Source: Octopus sinensis (lineage: Eukaryota). From it: a DNA stretch of 64,000 nt. This document shows positions 25,994 through 39,977 of this stretch, one piece after another (position 1 is the first letter of the stretch; each line of letters opens with the position of its first letter). A program made the translations under genes and the position numbers. The stretch covers positions 30,813,360-30,877,359 of the forward strand of contig NC_043019.1 of the NCBI RefSeq assembly GCF_006345805.1, in the 5' to 3' direction. The notes beneath the pieces were generated by a model. The model had not been told where the DNA came from. It searched no databases and was given only the letters and a program-made list of their open reading frames with translations.

Positions 25994-27863
25994 GTTTAAG
26001 CTAACTTAGTGACAGTAGGGAAAATAAATTGAATCAAAGTAAATTAATATTTTGTGACGGCTGTTTTGGATGTTCTCATGTTTTTATTGCAAAATTCACA
26101 TGATTGTATTTTAGTGGTATTTTTCTGGAAAAAGCTGCTGGGTCATAATAGCAGTTACTTTCTCTTTACTTGTTTTAGTCATTTGACTGGAGCACTGCCT
26201 TTAGTCGAACAAATCGACCCCAGGATTTATTCTTTGTAAGCCTAGTACTTATTATATCAGTCTCTTTTGCTGAACTGTTAAGTTATGGGGGTGTAAACAC
26301 ACCAGCATCGGTTGTCAAGCAATGGTGGGGGAACAAACACAGACACAAACAAAAACACACACATATACATACATACATCATCATCATCGTTTAACGTCCG
26401 TTTTCCACGCTAGCACGGGTTGGACTGTTCGGCCGGGGTCTGGGAAGCCAGGGGCTGCTCCAGGCTCCAGTCTGATCTGGCAGAGTTCCTACGGCTGGAT
26501 GCCCTTCCTAACGCCAACCACTCCGTGAGTGTAGTGGGTGCTTTTTACGTGCCACCTGCACAGGTGCCGGGGGGGGGGGTCCAGCATCGGTCACGATCGG
26601 TTGGAGCTTTTAACGTGCCAGTGGCATGGAAGCCAGCCAAGGCGGCGCTGGCAACGTTTGGATGGTCTTTTTTTCATGTGCCACCGGCACAGGGGCCAAT
26701 ATATATATATATATATATATCATCATCATCGTTTAACGTCTGTTATATATATATATATATATAATATATAATATGACAGGATTCTTTCAGTTTCTGTTTA
26801 CCAAATCCACTCACAAGGCATTGGTCAGCCTGAGGCTATAGGAGAAGACACTTGCCCAAGGTACCATGCAGTGGGACTGAACCCGGAACCATGTGGTTGG
26901 TAAACAAGCTACTTACCACACAGCCACTCCTGCACCTATAAAAAAATGTGCCAACCACCGGATGCTGAAACCCAGGATCGAACCATGGACCTTTAGTTAT
27001 AATATTAAAAAATTTTTTTTGCAGTGGTAGCATGTTTTATTTGAAGATAGATTCATAAATGTTGGTATCTGTTCATATTTGAATTCATTAAAGAGCAATA
27101 ACAGAGTAACAAGAGAGAAGAGAGATGGGAAAGGAAAGAAAAGTAAAAAGAAAAATATTGGGGGGGGGATAGGGGGTAAAGCAGTAGAAGATGGAGTGGA
27201 GTAGGGTGCTCAACGACACACTTCAGTAATGCTTGTGACGGCATTGCCACAGAGAATGGCCAGTAACACTTGCTGCAATAGTTGCACCACCTTGCAGAGC
27301 TTACTTCTCCAATAGGCCGCCGTTATCCCTATCTTATGAAGGAAAATGGTAGTACAGGGTCTTAAATCACCAGATGTCTCAACAACAACTAGCAGAAACT
27401 GATAGCAGCTGGCCAGGCTCCTGTGTTTATTTGTATTTATTGATTTCTACTCCTTCACATTACAGGTGGCAACACCAGGGTGTGCAGTAGATACTGCCAG
27501 GTTTCTTGCTGGAAATGTTGATATTAAGGAGTGGTGCTTAATGGTGGTGGTGGTGGTGGTGGAGTTAGTAGTAGCAGCAATTGTAGTGGCTGTATCAGTC
27601 TCACTAGTTTAAGCAAGTTATGTAAATTCATGTAGCATCAAATATTTCAGGAATGGTCATTAAAACTGTAGATAAGAATTTTCCCACTTCTAGCAGATAT
27701 AGTAAGATATCTAATAAACATAATGTTGTCTAAAGGCACAGGCATGGCTGTGTGGTAAGGAGCTTGCTTCCTAACCACATGGTTCTGGGTTCAGCCCCAC
27801 TGCGTAGCACCTTGGGCAAGTGTCTTCTACTATAGCAGCCGACCAAAGCCTTGTGTCCTTTTG

Positions 27864-27912
<49 letters not shown>

Positions 27913-28624
27913 ATGTCTGTATTTGTCCCCCCCCCCACCATTGCTTGACAACTGATGTTGGTGTTTCTAAATTCTTGTAAATTAGCAATTTGGCAAAAGA
28001 GAATAAGCTCTAGGTTTCCAAAGAATAAATCCTGGGGCCAATTTGTTTGACTAAATGACTGAAACAAGTAAATGAATAAAAGAATAAAAGAATAGTGTGA
28101 AATTCGCATATTCCACTACACTTAATGTAGCAGATGTTATAATGACTAACAATATGAAAAAAATGGAATGCCTTCAGAATGAAGGAATATACAAGTACTC
28201 ATTCTGAAACTTTTGAACAAATGTACACATAATATACATATACACATTACGCATACATATACATGTATACATATAAGTACATACACTTAACACACACACG
28301 CAAACACCCACACGCAAACACCCACACACACATATACACACACACGCACACAATATTTCTATGCTGTTTGTTGTATGACAGACTGGTAGATTTATTTCCC
28401 AGCATTTTCTTTGTTCCAGTTCTATAGCTGTTTCCATTATCCGTCTGAAAACTTTGTCAGCTATATAGTAATTACATAATTAATTGCTGTTATTAAATTA
28501 ATTTAGTTGAATGTGATGTGGATGTTTTTGAAATATGAAAGTGGTATCACCATTTCTGTTATAAACATAACAAAAGAGCATATATAAAAAAAATAGGTAC
28601 AATAATAAAATATATACTGAGTTA

Positions 28625-29353
28625 TATATAGTAGCAGTACTAAGCCATGGCTCTCATGGCTTCTGATCTTAACTGATTGGAAGTGTTATCATGTACATTG
28701 TTTTGTCTTGGTATAAAAGATGGGCTACAGCAAATATTTTGCTCAATACCACAGATTTGCTTGTCAATATTTTGACCATAACCAGTTGAGCAAGTCCCTT
28801 AGTGGCTGACAATATGTGCATTTCTGATCACGAGCAAAAGTAGTGGGGGAACATCATAGCCATGGGTTCTTTGGAGTTTGAATAATTCACCTCTGGAAAC
28901 ATGGGTGTTTCATTCAATATCCTTAAACAAGCCTTATTCAGGGACCTTTTGAGCAGGATGGGCTACTCAACCTGAAGAAAATTCTAACTGGGCCCCACCT
29001 GCAAGGTCATGCACTGCTTATCTTGATGTCAGATCACCATGTCACACATGTATGGCTGTGATGCATGTGCCTGGTGCACCGTCATCAGATGGGTAGTCAT
29101 GATGAATATATTGGGCTTTGTATATTTGTACCCCAGTGTCACTTTGATGGCATGATGATAACAACAACAACAACAAAAATAATAATAATAAATGTCCTGA
29201 TGTAGTAGCAGGCAGTGGCTCTCATGGCTTCTGATCTTAACTGATTGGAAGTGTTATCATGTACATGTTTTGTCTTGGTATAAAAGATGGGCTACAGCAA
29301 ATATTCTGCCCAATACCACAGATTTGCTTGTCAGTTGTTTGACCTTAACCAGT
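28625..29353 (+). mobile_element. Non-autonomous element associated with (TAA)n, with partial tandem duplication; other copies at ~18341-18670 (-) and ~54870-55080 (+)
   Basis: ctcatggcttctgatcttaactgattggaagtg occurs twice around a (CAA)n(TAA)n tract, and the body is shared with the other copies. Confidence 0.7.
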
Positions 29354-29425
29354 GTATTCAAGGAGAAAGACAGACTTATTACAAAACTTTCCCATATTGC
29401 TATAAATCATTAAGTGCCACGTCAG

Positions 29426-29497
<72 letters not shown>

Positions 29498-29512
29498 ATA
29501 TATGTATATATC

Positions 29513-29545
<33 letters not shown>

Positions 29546-29662
29546 ATATAAGGTTAAGTAATTGAGATTCAAGTGAATTCTAATGAATTCACATGAATAT
29601 GGTCCTTAACTGGGATGTACCGGAAATCTATATGGTGTTAACCATACGACAAGTGGGGTGAT

Positions 29663-29704
<42 letters not shown>

Positions 29705-29853
29705 CAGTGTACATTTAAACACATAAGAGGTATCCGTCATAGGATTCCTGGCACGCTAGAAGGAATAGCCAAAATCCAAATCACTATTAGTGATAAACTT
29801 CAAAGTCTTCAGTCTTTGCTTTCTTTCTGTTTGCATGTATGTATATATGTATG

Positions 29854-29933
<80 letters not shown>

Positions 29934-30116
29934 AAAGTAGATAAATGGTACAATAAGGCACCAATATTTACTGGAAAATAGCAATCGATATAAATACGAC
30001 TCTATTGTATAGCTTCACTGCGTATATACTAGCAAAGACGTGTGTGTGTGTGCAACAAATATGAAAAAAATTTGTCTTACCTCTAGGAAGAACATTTGAT
30101 AAATGGACAACCTAGA

Positions 30117-30163
<47 letters not shown>

Positions 30164-30742
30164 CATATATATATATATCTTGTATACAAACCCAAGCTGT
30201 TATATTTGATTTGTTTGCCTGCATAATATATGAATGTACATATACAGATGACACACACAGACACGCAGACGAAAACTGCTTACATAGACAAACATATAAT
30301 TCAGTAGAAACATACACAGACAGGCGCAGGAGTGGCTGTGTGGTAAGTAGCTTGCTTACCAACCACATGGTTCCGGGATCGGTCCCACTGCGAGGCATCT
30401 TGGGCAAGTGTTTCCTGCTATAGCCCCGGGCCGACCAATGCCTTGTGAGTGGATTTGGTAGACGGAAACTGAAAGAAGCCTGTCGTATATATGTTTATGT
30501 ATATATATATGTATGTGTGTGCGTGTATGTTTGTGTGTCTGTGTTTGTCCCCCTAGCATTACTTGACAACCGATGCTGGTGTGTTTACGTCCCCGTCACT
30601 TAGCAGTTCGGCAAAAGAGACTGATAGAATAAGTACTGGGCTTGCAAAGAATAAGCATGGCTGCAGTCAAATGACTGAAACAATTAAAAGAGTAAAGAGT
30701 AAAAGAGAGAGACACACACACATGTGTACATACACATACACA

Positions 30743-30806
30743 CCTTTAAATGTGTATGACCCTTTAAATGTGTATGACCCTTTAAATGTGTATGACCCTT
30801 TAAATG
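30743..30806. repeat. 18-bp tandem repeat x3.5
   Basis: (CCCTTTAAATGTGTATGA)n. Confidence 0.9.
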
Positions 30807-32458
30807 AGCAATAATCAATTATTGCAAAGTTACTTTCAGACTTACCCTTCTTCTTACACAGACTATGTGTGATGTTACTATTTGATTTAGAGACTTTAAT
30901 AGACTTGCAGCTGTCTGGAGACTCAAAAGTTTGAAGATTTACATTAGGAAAATTACACGACTAGAGCTTAAGAATGATTGGTAATTTGACTGATCAACTG
31001 TCTTTTCTTTTAATGATGATTTATACTTGTCTTTTTCTCTGTTTAGGTTACAACAAAACTTGTTTAAGTGAGTTTTATATCATTTAAGTTACAGTTAGAT
31101 ATATATTATTCAAAACTTTGCTCTCATATTTCTTTTCCTTGATATCACTCTAAATTTAAATTGTCTGTTATAAATCTAGTAAAACTTTACACTATATAAG
31201 TAATAAATCTAACCATCCTAAAGCTATAATGAATTGAATTGTCTAGTCAGAAACCTCTTATTTCCTGTTGAGATGTGCCAAATTTACTGAAGCAATGTGA
31301 TTTACAAAAAATACAAATCCCATCTTTTTGGTAGATATCTAACATCATTACTGAGAGAATTACCAGGAAATTTAATTTTACAGTGAAAAAGTTAAGGGAT
31401 CTTGTCAAACCTGTGATCAGAGGCATTCCAACCATGACTGTCCTGTATTTTTTCCAGATACACTGAATTCAGAACCACATTATCCAATATCTCCTACTTT
31501 TATTTTAATGCTTTTACTGTGGAAATCAGATATTTCCACTCAAAATTTCATTACCCTCAACTGTGGAAGGTAGTTTTTTTATGCCAATCTATCTTTTGTT
31601 GAGGAATGTCATGTTTGAAACGCTTTTTATTGAGATACATCAGTTTTATTGAGACAGTGTAACTTGCAGAAAATAGCAATTCTATTTTTTTAGAAGACTT
31701 TTAACATCATTATTGGAATGAGCATGAAATTTAATTTCACAGGTAAAGGGTTAAATTAAAAGAAAGGAAAAGAAAAAGAACCACAAGATTTTTATTGATT
31801 GCTGATAGTAAAATTCTTCAAATTTTTCTAATTACCCAAAATGAAACAATGATGGCATTAATATTCAAGAAATGACAGACAATAAATTAAGCAATAATAA
31901 TACTAACGAGAGAAAAAAGACTAACGATAAAGTATCTGTGAATGCAGGATAATACAAATGTGATATATTTAAACTTATTTTATATTTTTCTTTTATAATT
32001 AATTAATTAATCGCTTTAATCAATCTGGTTTTATTTTAATCCATCATTTTAATTTGTTACATTTGGTTTCCCATTTATTTTTTCATATTTAGTTTTAAAT
32101 TTATTCTGAAATTTATGTGTGCTCAAATATGAAATATTTACGTTTATATTGGTTTGTTTGTCTTAGTTGTCTATACATTTGTGTGTATATGTGGTATATG
32201 TATATGTATGTGCATGTGTGTGTGTGTGTATTCTTTTATTCTTTTACTTGTTTCAGTCGTTTAACTGCAGCCATGCTGGAGCACTGCTTTAAAGGATGTT
32301 AGTCGAAGAAATCGACCCCCAGGACTTATTCTTTGTAAGCCTAGCACTTATTCTATCTGTGTCTTTTGCTGAACCAGAACACACCACCATTGGTTGTCAA
32401 GTGATAGTGGGATGATAGACACAGACACACACAAATATATACACACACACACACACAC

Positions 32459-32491
<33 letters not shown>

Positions 32492-32522
32492 CTTTATTTA
32501 AAGCAGCAGAAAATTCTACAAA

Positions 32523-32564
32523 ACCTGTTACTCTGAGTTTCGCGTTGCCGTTCATCGGACAGGT
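32523..32564 (-). ncRNA. Type I hammerhead motif with CCGAUGA core
   Basis: ACCUGU-CCGAUGA-ACG(GCAA)CGC-GAAA-CUCAGAG-UA-ACAGGU, followed by AATAAA. It sits in a (TA)n-flanked module (32491-32620); a related module lacking the ribozyme is at 42582-42720. Confidence 0.7.
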
Positions 32565-32615
32565 ATTTGAGTACTCTTTTTTTCCACCTTGTTTCACATT
32601 TATGTGTTTACTCCG

Positions 32616-32650
<35 letters not shown>

Positions 32651-33870
32651 TAGGGATGGTATTATTAAAATACCATCACAAGTGGTAAGCGAATTATCAG
32701 CCGTACAGGCAAATTAATAAAATATATTCATACAATATTAGATATGTACATATATACACAAGGGTACTACATGAGTACCTATATCGCCAATGATAGAAGT
32801 CAAAAAATACTTCTGTACCACCGAAAAGTCACAAATCTATTACAGAAAAGATAGGCAAAAATATCAGTGAACAATAATAATGTCTTACCTCAAATGGGTC
32901 AGAACAAGTAAATGCTAGTCAACACGGTACCGGTTTCGAAATTTAGCACCATGCTACCTCCCATGATCTCAACACAACCCTGGTTTGGGTGTTTTCCAGG
33001 TTCTAGGTCTTGCCAAGGGGCCCCACATGTGATTTGGTCCAAGGTTGTATGTTCTCAGTTGACCTTCATTCATATGCTAATTTAATCCACAGCTGGTATC
33101 CTGACCATTGTTACTACTCCAGGCCAGAAAAAAAACTTAGAAACAATAGTATCTAAGAAGTGGTTCCACAATCCTGGAAAACACTGAAACTCCTGAACGA
33201 GGGCCCCACTACTGGATGTAGCTTAACCTTGTAGCATTCAGATTATTGTCAAATGCTTATTTATTCACATTGTTTTCAATTAATTATACAATATCTTGTA
33301 GCTTCAAAATTTTGATGACAAGATTGTTTTTAGGGTAAGATGTGAGAGGTCTCATATGGCCAGTTTGAACATAAAACAGACAGAATTTTGGAGCCATATA
33401 TAACTGGTTTAAATGCTAAAAGGGTTAAAGCCATGCTCAGTATTTCAAATTGTTTTGACTAAATCAAGTAATTTCGATGCTAAATTGAACAACTCATAAA
33501 CTATTTTCATTAACCTAATTGATTCTTTCAGAACAGAAAAAGAAAGGAAAAATTCACAAGGCATAAAGGCCTTTAATCAAAGCAAATAAATAAATAAATA
33601 ATTAATAGCTTCTGTTCTTTAACGATGGAGATGTCAAACTTAAACAGCAAACTGAAAACCACTCACTTCATTTAGTTAAAGTGAATTGTTAAATACCTTC
33701 TTTTAATTTAAATGAAATAGAGAAGTTAATAAAATGTGATTCAGTAGAATTAATGCATTGCTCATTTTTTTCATTCATAGCAGGACCTTTCTTCACTAAA
33801 TTTTATTATTAATTTCAAAATTATTGAAATTAATTATTATCGCAAAATATTAATCTATGATGGTAACACA

Positions 33871-33921
<51 letters not shown>

Positions 33922-34091
33922 CACTGACCATTTGCAAGTGACAAACACAGTTCATCTGCCTATACTCAAAATGCATGTAGTTAGACCCATATTCACCAAT
34001 TATAATAAACATACACTGTTAATTACCCAATGCTATATTTTTTCAATTAATGGAGTATGCATTTAAAAGTTAGAAAATTTGACCAACATAA

Positions 34092-34122
<31 letters not shown>

Positions 34123-34139
34123 CATACATACATACATAC

Positions 34140-34208
<69 letters not shown>

Positions 34209-34214
<6 letters not shown>

Positions 34215-34340
34215 TATATAGAAGGAGCTTCTACAGGACTAGAACTGTTTCATTCAAGAGAAATCATCAGGAAGCTTCCTGATGATTTCTCTTGAATGAA
34301 ACAGTTCTAGTCCTGTAGAAGCTCCTTCTATATAATAAAT
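34209..34340. repeat. Perfect 132-bp palindrome made of two back-to-back hammerheads
   Basis: Exact reverse-complement symmetry centred on GAAGCTTC (34271-34278). (TA)n lies on the left, and on the right after a ~70-bp unique tail. Confidence 0.9.
34273..34323 (+). ncRNA. Type I hammerhead ribozyme motif (mirror copy on - strand at 34226-34276)
   Basis: AGCUUC-CUGAUGA-UUUC(UCUU)GAAU-GAAA-CAG(UUCUAGUC)CUG-UA-GAAGCU. Predicted cleavage after A34317; AATAAA at 34334-34339. Confidence 0.8.
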
Positions 34341-34409
34341 TAATTTTACTCTGCTATGTATTGAGTACCTTATTTACTGTGGTTAACCCCGAATCAACCC
34401 GGGACCTAC

Positions 34410-34452
<43 letters not shown>

Positions 34453-34734
34453 TTATATATATATATTTCTTGTCCAACATCATTGCAAAGGAAGAAGAAA
34501 CAAGACTTTGGTCAACCTGGGGCTATAGTAGAAGATACTTACCCAAGGTGCTACACAGTGGAATTGAACTCAGAATCATGTGGCTGGGAAGCAAGCTTCT
34601 TACCACACACCCATGTCTGCACCTTAATATTTCTTTGAACCCCACCCCTTCGCTTTATTGTTGAGAAAGGAAACTTTACCTGCTTATGTTTCTTCTTCCT
34701 TTGCAATGATGTTGGACAAGAAAGAAGCCTGTCG

Positions 34735-34749
34735 TACATATGTATATAT

Positions 34750-34782
<33 letters not shown>

Positions 34783-35054
34783 GTGTGTGTATGTGTGTGT
34801 ATATGTTTGTGTGTCTGTGTTTGTCCCCCTAGCATTGCTTGACAACCAATGCTGGTGTGTTTACGTTCCGTAACTTAGCGGTTTGGCAAAAGAGACCGAT
34901 AGAATAAGTACTAGGGTTACAAAGAATAAGTTCTGGGATCGATTTGCTGGACTAAAAGCGGTGCTCCAGCATGGCTGCAGTCAAATGACTGAAACAAGTA
35001 AAAGAATAAAAGAGTACACATACACACTCACACCACACACACCCACGTGTATAT

Positions 35055-35091
<37 letters not shown>

Positions 35092-35368
35092 GTGTATGTG
35101 TGTGTATATGTTTGTGTGTCTGTGTTTGTCCCCCTAGCATTGCTTGACAACCAATGCTGGTGTGTTTACGTTCCGTAACTTAGCGGTTTGGCAAAAGAGA
35201 CCGATAGAATAAGTACTAGGGTTACAAAGAATAAGTTCTGGGATCGATTTGCTGGACTAAAAGCGGTGCTCCAGCATGGCTGCAGTCAAATGACTGAAAC
35301 AAGTAAAAGAATAAAAGAGTACACATACACACTCACACCCACACACACCCACGTGTATATATATATAT
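34735..35368 (+). repeat. Recent tandem duplication (~300 bp) of a SINE 3' half plus flank
   Basis: The two copies are essentially identical outside the microsatellites. Confidence 0.9.
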
Positions 35369-35374
35369 AAAAAT

Positions 35375-35680
35375 GCCGCCCTTTAAAAGCCTAGCCAGGC
35401 TCATGGGCCCAGTTTCCCGGTTTCTGTGGCGTATGTGTTCCTCCCAGCTGGACGGGACGCCAGTCCATTGCAGCATTACTCAAGAAACAGGAAGAGAGAG
35501 TGAGAGAAAGTTGGGGCGAAAGAGAACAACAGGGGTCACCACCATCCCCTGCTGGAGCCTCGTGGAGCTTTTTTATGCGTTTTCGCTCAATAAACACACA
35601 CAACACCTGGTCTGGGGATCGAAACCACGATCCTCCGACCACGAGTCTGCTGCCCTAACCACTGGGCCATTGCGCCTCCA
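35375..35680 (-). mobile_element. tRNA-derived SINE with V-domain-like 3' part; copies at ~43820-44126-, 44890-45192-, 60058-60355+, 62710-62940+
   Basis: Same head as the 1678-2064 SINE, followed by atggactggcgtcccgtccag...gaaaccgggaaac. Confidence 0.8.
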
Positions 35681-35839
35681 CATATGACTGGTTTAAATGC
35701 TAAAAGGGTTAAAGCCATACTCATGGAGCTTTAGGTGTTTTCACTCAATAAACACACGCAGCATCCGGTCTTGGAATCGAAACCACAATCCTCCAACCGC
35801 GAGTCCGCTGCCCTAACCACTGGGCCATTGCGCCTCTAC

Positions 35840-35875
<36 letters not shown>

Positions 35876-38144
35876 ATGGAAGATTTTTGGTCAGCTGGGC
35901 AATGTATCTAAAGTGCAATCATTTTACCCTGAATGTTCCTTGCTGCATAAAGCATACATGTAGTTAGAAATCTAGCAGAGTAATTAATGCTGAGTCTTTA
36001 TTTTGATGAAGTGTTTAATTTTATTTTCTGACACTAACACAAATTTCATATAAGTTTTATGGAAATTAAACATCGTGTATTTATGCTCGTATTACTATAA
36101 ATGTAAATTCTCTCTGTTATTTCAGTATTATACACGAAATTTTAATGTCATTTAGTAACATGATTCCATGCTATAAAACATTGACAAAGACATTTAAATA
36201 CATCTAACTAATATATTTACACTATTTGGAAATGTTTATTAAAGATGTTTTTTTTTAGACATTTGAAATTAGAAACTTAGTATATTGAATATTTCTAATA
36301 CATACAAACCAGACATACATACTAAATATTTACAATCACTCACACAAAATATCTAAAATAAATTAGCAAAATTTTTTCATTTACATATGAAATTTTTTTA
36401 TAGTTTTAGAATGTTTTATTTTTAATATATATTTTGTAACTTTTATTTATAATTATTATCAAGATTGATTATTTTAAAACTATTCTAATTAACTGCATGT
36501 CATAGCAACATTAATAACGATGCTAAATTATTAAATAATCACATGCAAGGAAAGTATGAATTTGAGAAGACTAGTGACAGTTCACTTCTGCAAAAATCAT
36601 TTAACCTTAATAAATGTTGTAACATGATATACCTGTGTGACTGATGAAGAACTCCTGACTGAAATATTGGCATTCATTTGTCCTCAAGCTACAGAAATTT
36701 CCAGAAATATTTAGATAATTCTATCAAATGTAATGCTTATTTATTCACATTGTTTTGAATTGATCATGCATTCTCTCTTAGCTTCAAAACTTCGATGCCA
36801 TAATTGTTAATATTTCCATTGATATAAGAGGTCACATCTGACTGGTTTGAACATAAAACAGGTAAAATATTTGGGTTGGATATGGATGGTTTAAATGCTA
36901 AAAGGTTAAATTAATCACCAGTTTGCTTTGATATCCGTTAAGTTAGTTATAGATTAATTTCATTCATTTATTTATTTAATTATTTATTCATAGTCTGCTT
37001 CTTGATTCCATTGACAAAACAAGGTATTCCTGATCTCATTAACTTTGGTTTTAAAACAAGGAAATAATTACAGTTAAACGAAGATTAAGTGTGATTATAA
37101 GGCCATGAGCTGGCAGAATCGTTAGCACGCCGGACGAAGTGCTTAGCAGTATTTTGCCCTTTGCTATGTTCTGAGTTCAAATTCTGCCAAGATCGATTTT
37201 GCCTTTCATCCTTTTGGGGTCGATAAATTAAGTACCAGTTGCGTACTGGAATCAATCAAATCGACTGGCTCTGTCTCCCCAAAATTTCAGGCCTTGTGCC
37301 AATAGCAGAAAGGATTAGGTATGATTACTTACATATAAGTGATATTGCTTGTGTTGTGCCATCTTTAAATCCTAAAACTTAGCATTTTAACAAATAGAAT
37401 TCAAGAAAATAAGTATGAGTCTGAAAAACTGGGATTATGATCAATCAAAGCCCTTGAAATAAGCATCTCAGTGTAACCACAGTTTCATGTGTGCAAACAA
37501 AAATATGAATAAACACACACACACACGATTTAGTTATAAGAATTCATGAGAATCAAAGCACATCAACACATACGATGCCAGAAATGGTTTGATATGATAA
37601 CATAGAGCTCACAGTGAGCTAAAAAGGAAAAACCATTAAAGATGTGATTTGAGTTTACTAAGGCACCAGGTATCTTGGTCCTTTGTCAGCTGAACCTTTT
37701 AGATGAGATGACTAAGGACTGAGATACCTGATGCCTTGCTGTACCTGAGAAGACCTGTCCTCCACGGCAGAAGTGTTAAGGCCACATCCCCTGGTGGAAA
37801 GGATTGGTCTGCAAAATTCCTATGCTGGTGCCACATAAAAAGCAATCGTGCCAATGTCACATATGGGTGGTCTTGTCAGTGCCACGTTAAAAGCACCCAG
37901 CACAACACTTTAAAGTGCTTGGCATTAGGAAGAGCATCCAGCCATAGAAACCGAGCTAAGGCAGATTGAACCTGATGCAACTCTTTAGCCTGCCAGCTCT
38001 GGTCAAACCGTCCAAATCATGCCAGCATAGAAAATAGATGCTAAAAGAAGGATGATGATATGTGCGTGTGTGTATTTATGTGTGTGTGCATGAGTGATCG
38101 CTAGCGATGGTGACATACTGCCGCCTCCATTCATATTTTCACAT

Positions 38145-38664
38145 AGCCTCAGACTTAATACAGAGGCCTTCATCAAGTGCCTGGGGGAGATAGTGTTGTC
38201 CTGGGTCAAGTGGGTGGTTGCTGGAAGACCCTATGTCTGACAACAGGACTCTGCACCATGCTACACAAGCAGGAGAACCAAGTCATGGCTGTCAGACAAT
38301 TTCTGCGACCACATCACCCCTAAAATCTAGCTACTTAACCCCCAGACTGCAACCCCCTTGATTATTATGTGTGGAGTGCAGTTGAGCAAGAGACCAACGA
38401 AATTCTTTGTGACACTAAAGAGGCAAAGATTATAGCAGCATTCACCAACTTAAAGATGGAGACTGTCCAGAAGAGTTGCAGGAGATTCTGAAGTTGTCTG
38501 GAGGCCATGGTTGAAGCCAGTGGCGATTTTATAGAACAAATTTACTCTTTAGTATTCCAAAATAATTTTGTGCAATTTTGGTAAATATATCTCTTAAAAT
38601 GAGATATCAGTGTTATTTTCATTTCTGTGTAATTTAGATGACAGTTTATTCACTTCACCCTGTA
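38145..38664 (+). pseudogene. Tc1/mariner (maT-like) transposase C-terminal relic with right end
   Basis: GRPYV*QQDSAPCYTS..WLSDNF....PDCNPLDYYVWSAVE..CLEAMVEASGDFIE with stops. It ends in ...cttcaccctg|ta. Confidence 0.85.
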
Positions 38665-38677
38665 CATGTATACGTAT

Positions 38678-38730
<53 letters not shown>

Positions 38731-38993
38731 ATATTATATATATATATATATATACTCTTTTACTTGTTTCAGTCATTTGACTGTGGCCATGCTGGAGCAG
38801 CACCTTTTAGTCGAGCAAATCGACCCCAGGACTTATTCTTTGTAAGCCTAGAACTTATTCTATCAGTCTCTTTTGCTGAACTGCTAAGTTACAGGGACAT
38901 AAACACACCAGCATCAGTTGTCAAGCGATGTTGGGGGGACAAACATAGACACACCAAACATAGACACACAAACATATACACACACATACGTAC

Positions 38994-39030
<37 letters not shown>

Positions 39031-39631
39031 TATACGATGGGCTTCTTTCAGTTTCCGTCTGCCAAGTCCACTCACAAGGCTTTGGTCGGCCCAAAGTTTA
39101 TAGTAGAAGATACTTGCCCAAGGTACCATGCAGTGGAACTGAACCCAGAACCATGTGGTTGGTAAGCAAGTTACTTACCACACAGCCACTCCTATATATA
39201 TACTGGATATAACATCTTTATCTTTACAGTTAAATGTGGTTTATAGCAGAGCAAGAAATTGATACTAATTGAATGACAAGATATCAGCAAATATAAGCAA
39301 ATATCAAGATAGTATAACAGACAACACGAGTTTTGGCATTTGTTGCTAGTTTAGGTTTTAGAATTTAAGTATAATGACAGTTGAAATGACAGACATAGAA
39401 AAGTGTTGAGACACTCAGAGAGGAAGAAAGAAAGAAAAGTTTGTAGGTAAGTACCATTTGAAATCTTGTAAATCTATATTATGAAATGGAAGTATCAATA
39501 CCCTTTGAACTGTGACGTTTATTCTTCATTTAAATAATAACATGTGTATGACATTATATCTGGAGTTCATCGAGGAAGAAATGAGTAATGATTGAAAAGT
39601 CGAAAATGTATGAAAATAAAGAAATAGAGAA

Positions 39632-39977
39632 TCTCTCTTTATATAAACGGCAGTTTGTCTGTCTGCATGTCTGTGTGTCTGTTTTGATGAAACTTGACAC
39701 ACACATAGCCCAATGTCATAATTCAAAACTAACGTGGCGAAAATTTTGAAAAGTTCCCCCAGTTCTGAAAAAAATCGATAAATTCGACATGGGGTCGAGA
39801 ATCAGAAACACAAACCACGGACTGTCTAGGGGACGCAACTCGACCTTTTTAACTCTCAAAAAAAAATTTACCATAATTTTTTTTCCATTTTTTTGCTATT
39901 TTTTGGCTATAACTCTCTAAAAATGCTTTATAGTTATTTCCCTTACAAACCCGAGCAACGCCGGGCGATACTGCTAG
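39632..39977 (+). mobile_element. Non-autonomous Helitron
   Basis: A|TC 5' end, subterminal hairpin CCCG-agcaacgc-CGGG (39950-39965), CTAG|T 3' end and no TSD. Confidence 0.8.

Noticed and set aside
30846-30914. Possible 69-nt minus-strand exon with a strong donor
   Set aside because: No recognisable protein, and inclusion would interrupt the TM helix.
31908-33671. Alternative 5' model ATG-AA (33667-33671) plus a 28-nt exon (31908-31935) giving MKYFIVSLFSL|TLLC...
   Set aside because: Phase-compatible and signal-peptide-like, but micro-exons this short arise by chance in AT-rich DNA. The 44183-44227 exon has stronger sites. It cannot be excluded as an alternative start without RNA data.
36636-36672. 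CTGATGA...GAAA hammerhead-like string
   Set aside because: Stem I and stem II do not pair convincingly.
37333-37371. Possible minus-strand mini-exon MAQHKQYHLY with gtaagt donor
   Set aside because: No homology, and it lies within the TM-splitting intron of the preferred model.
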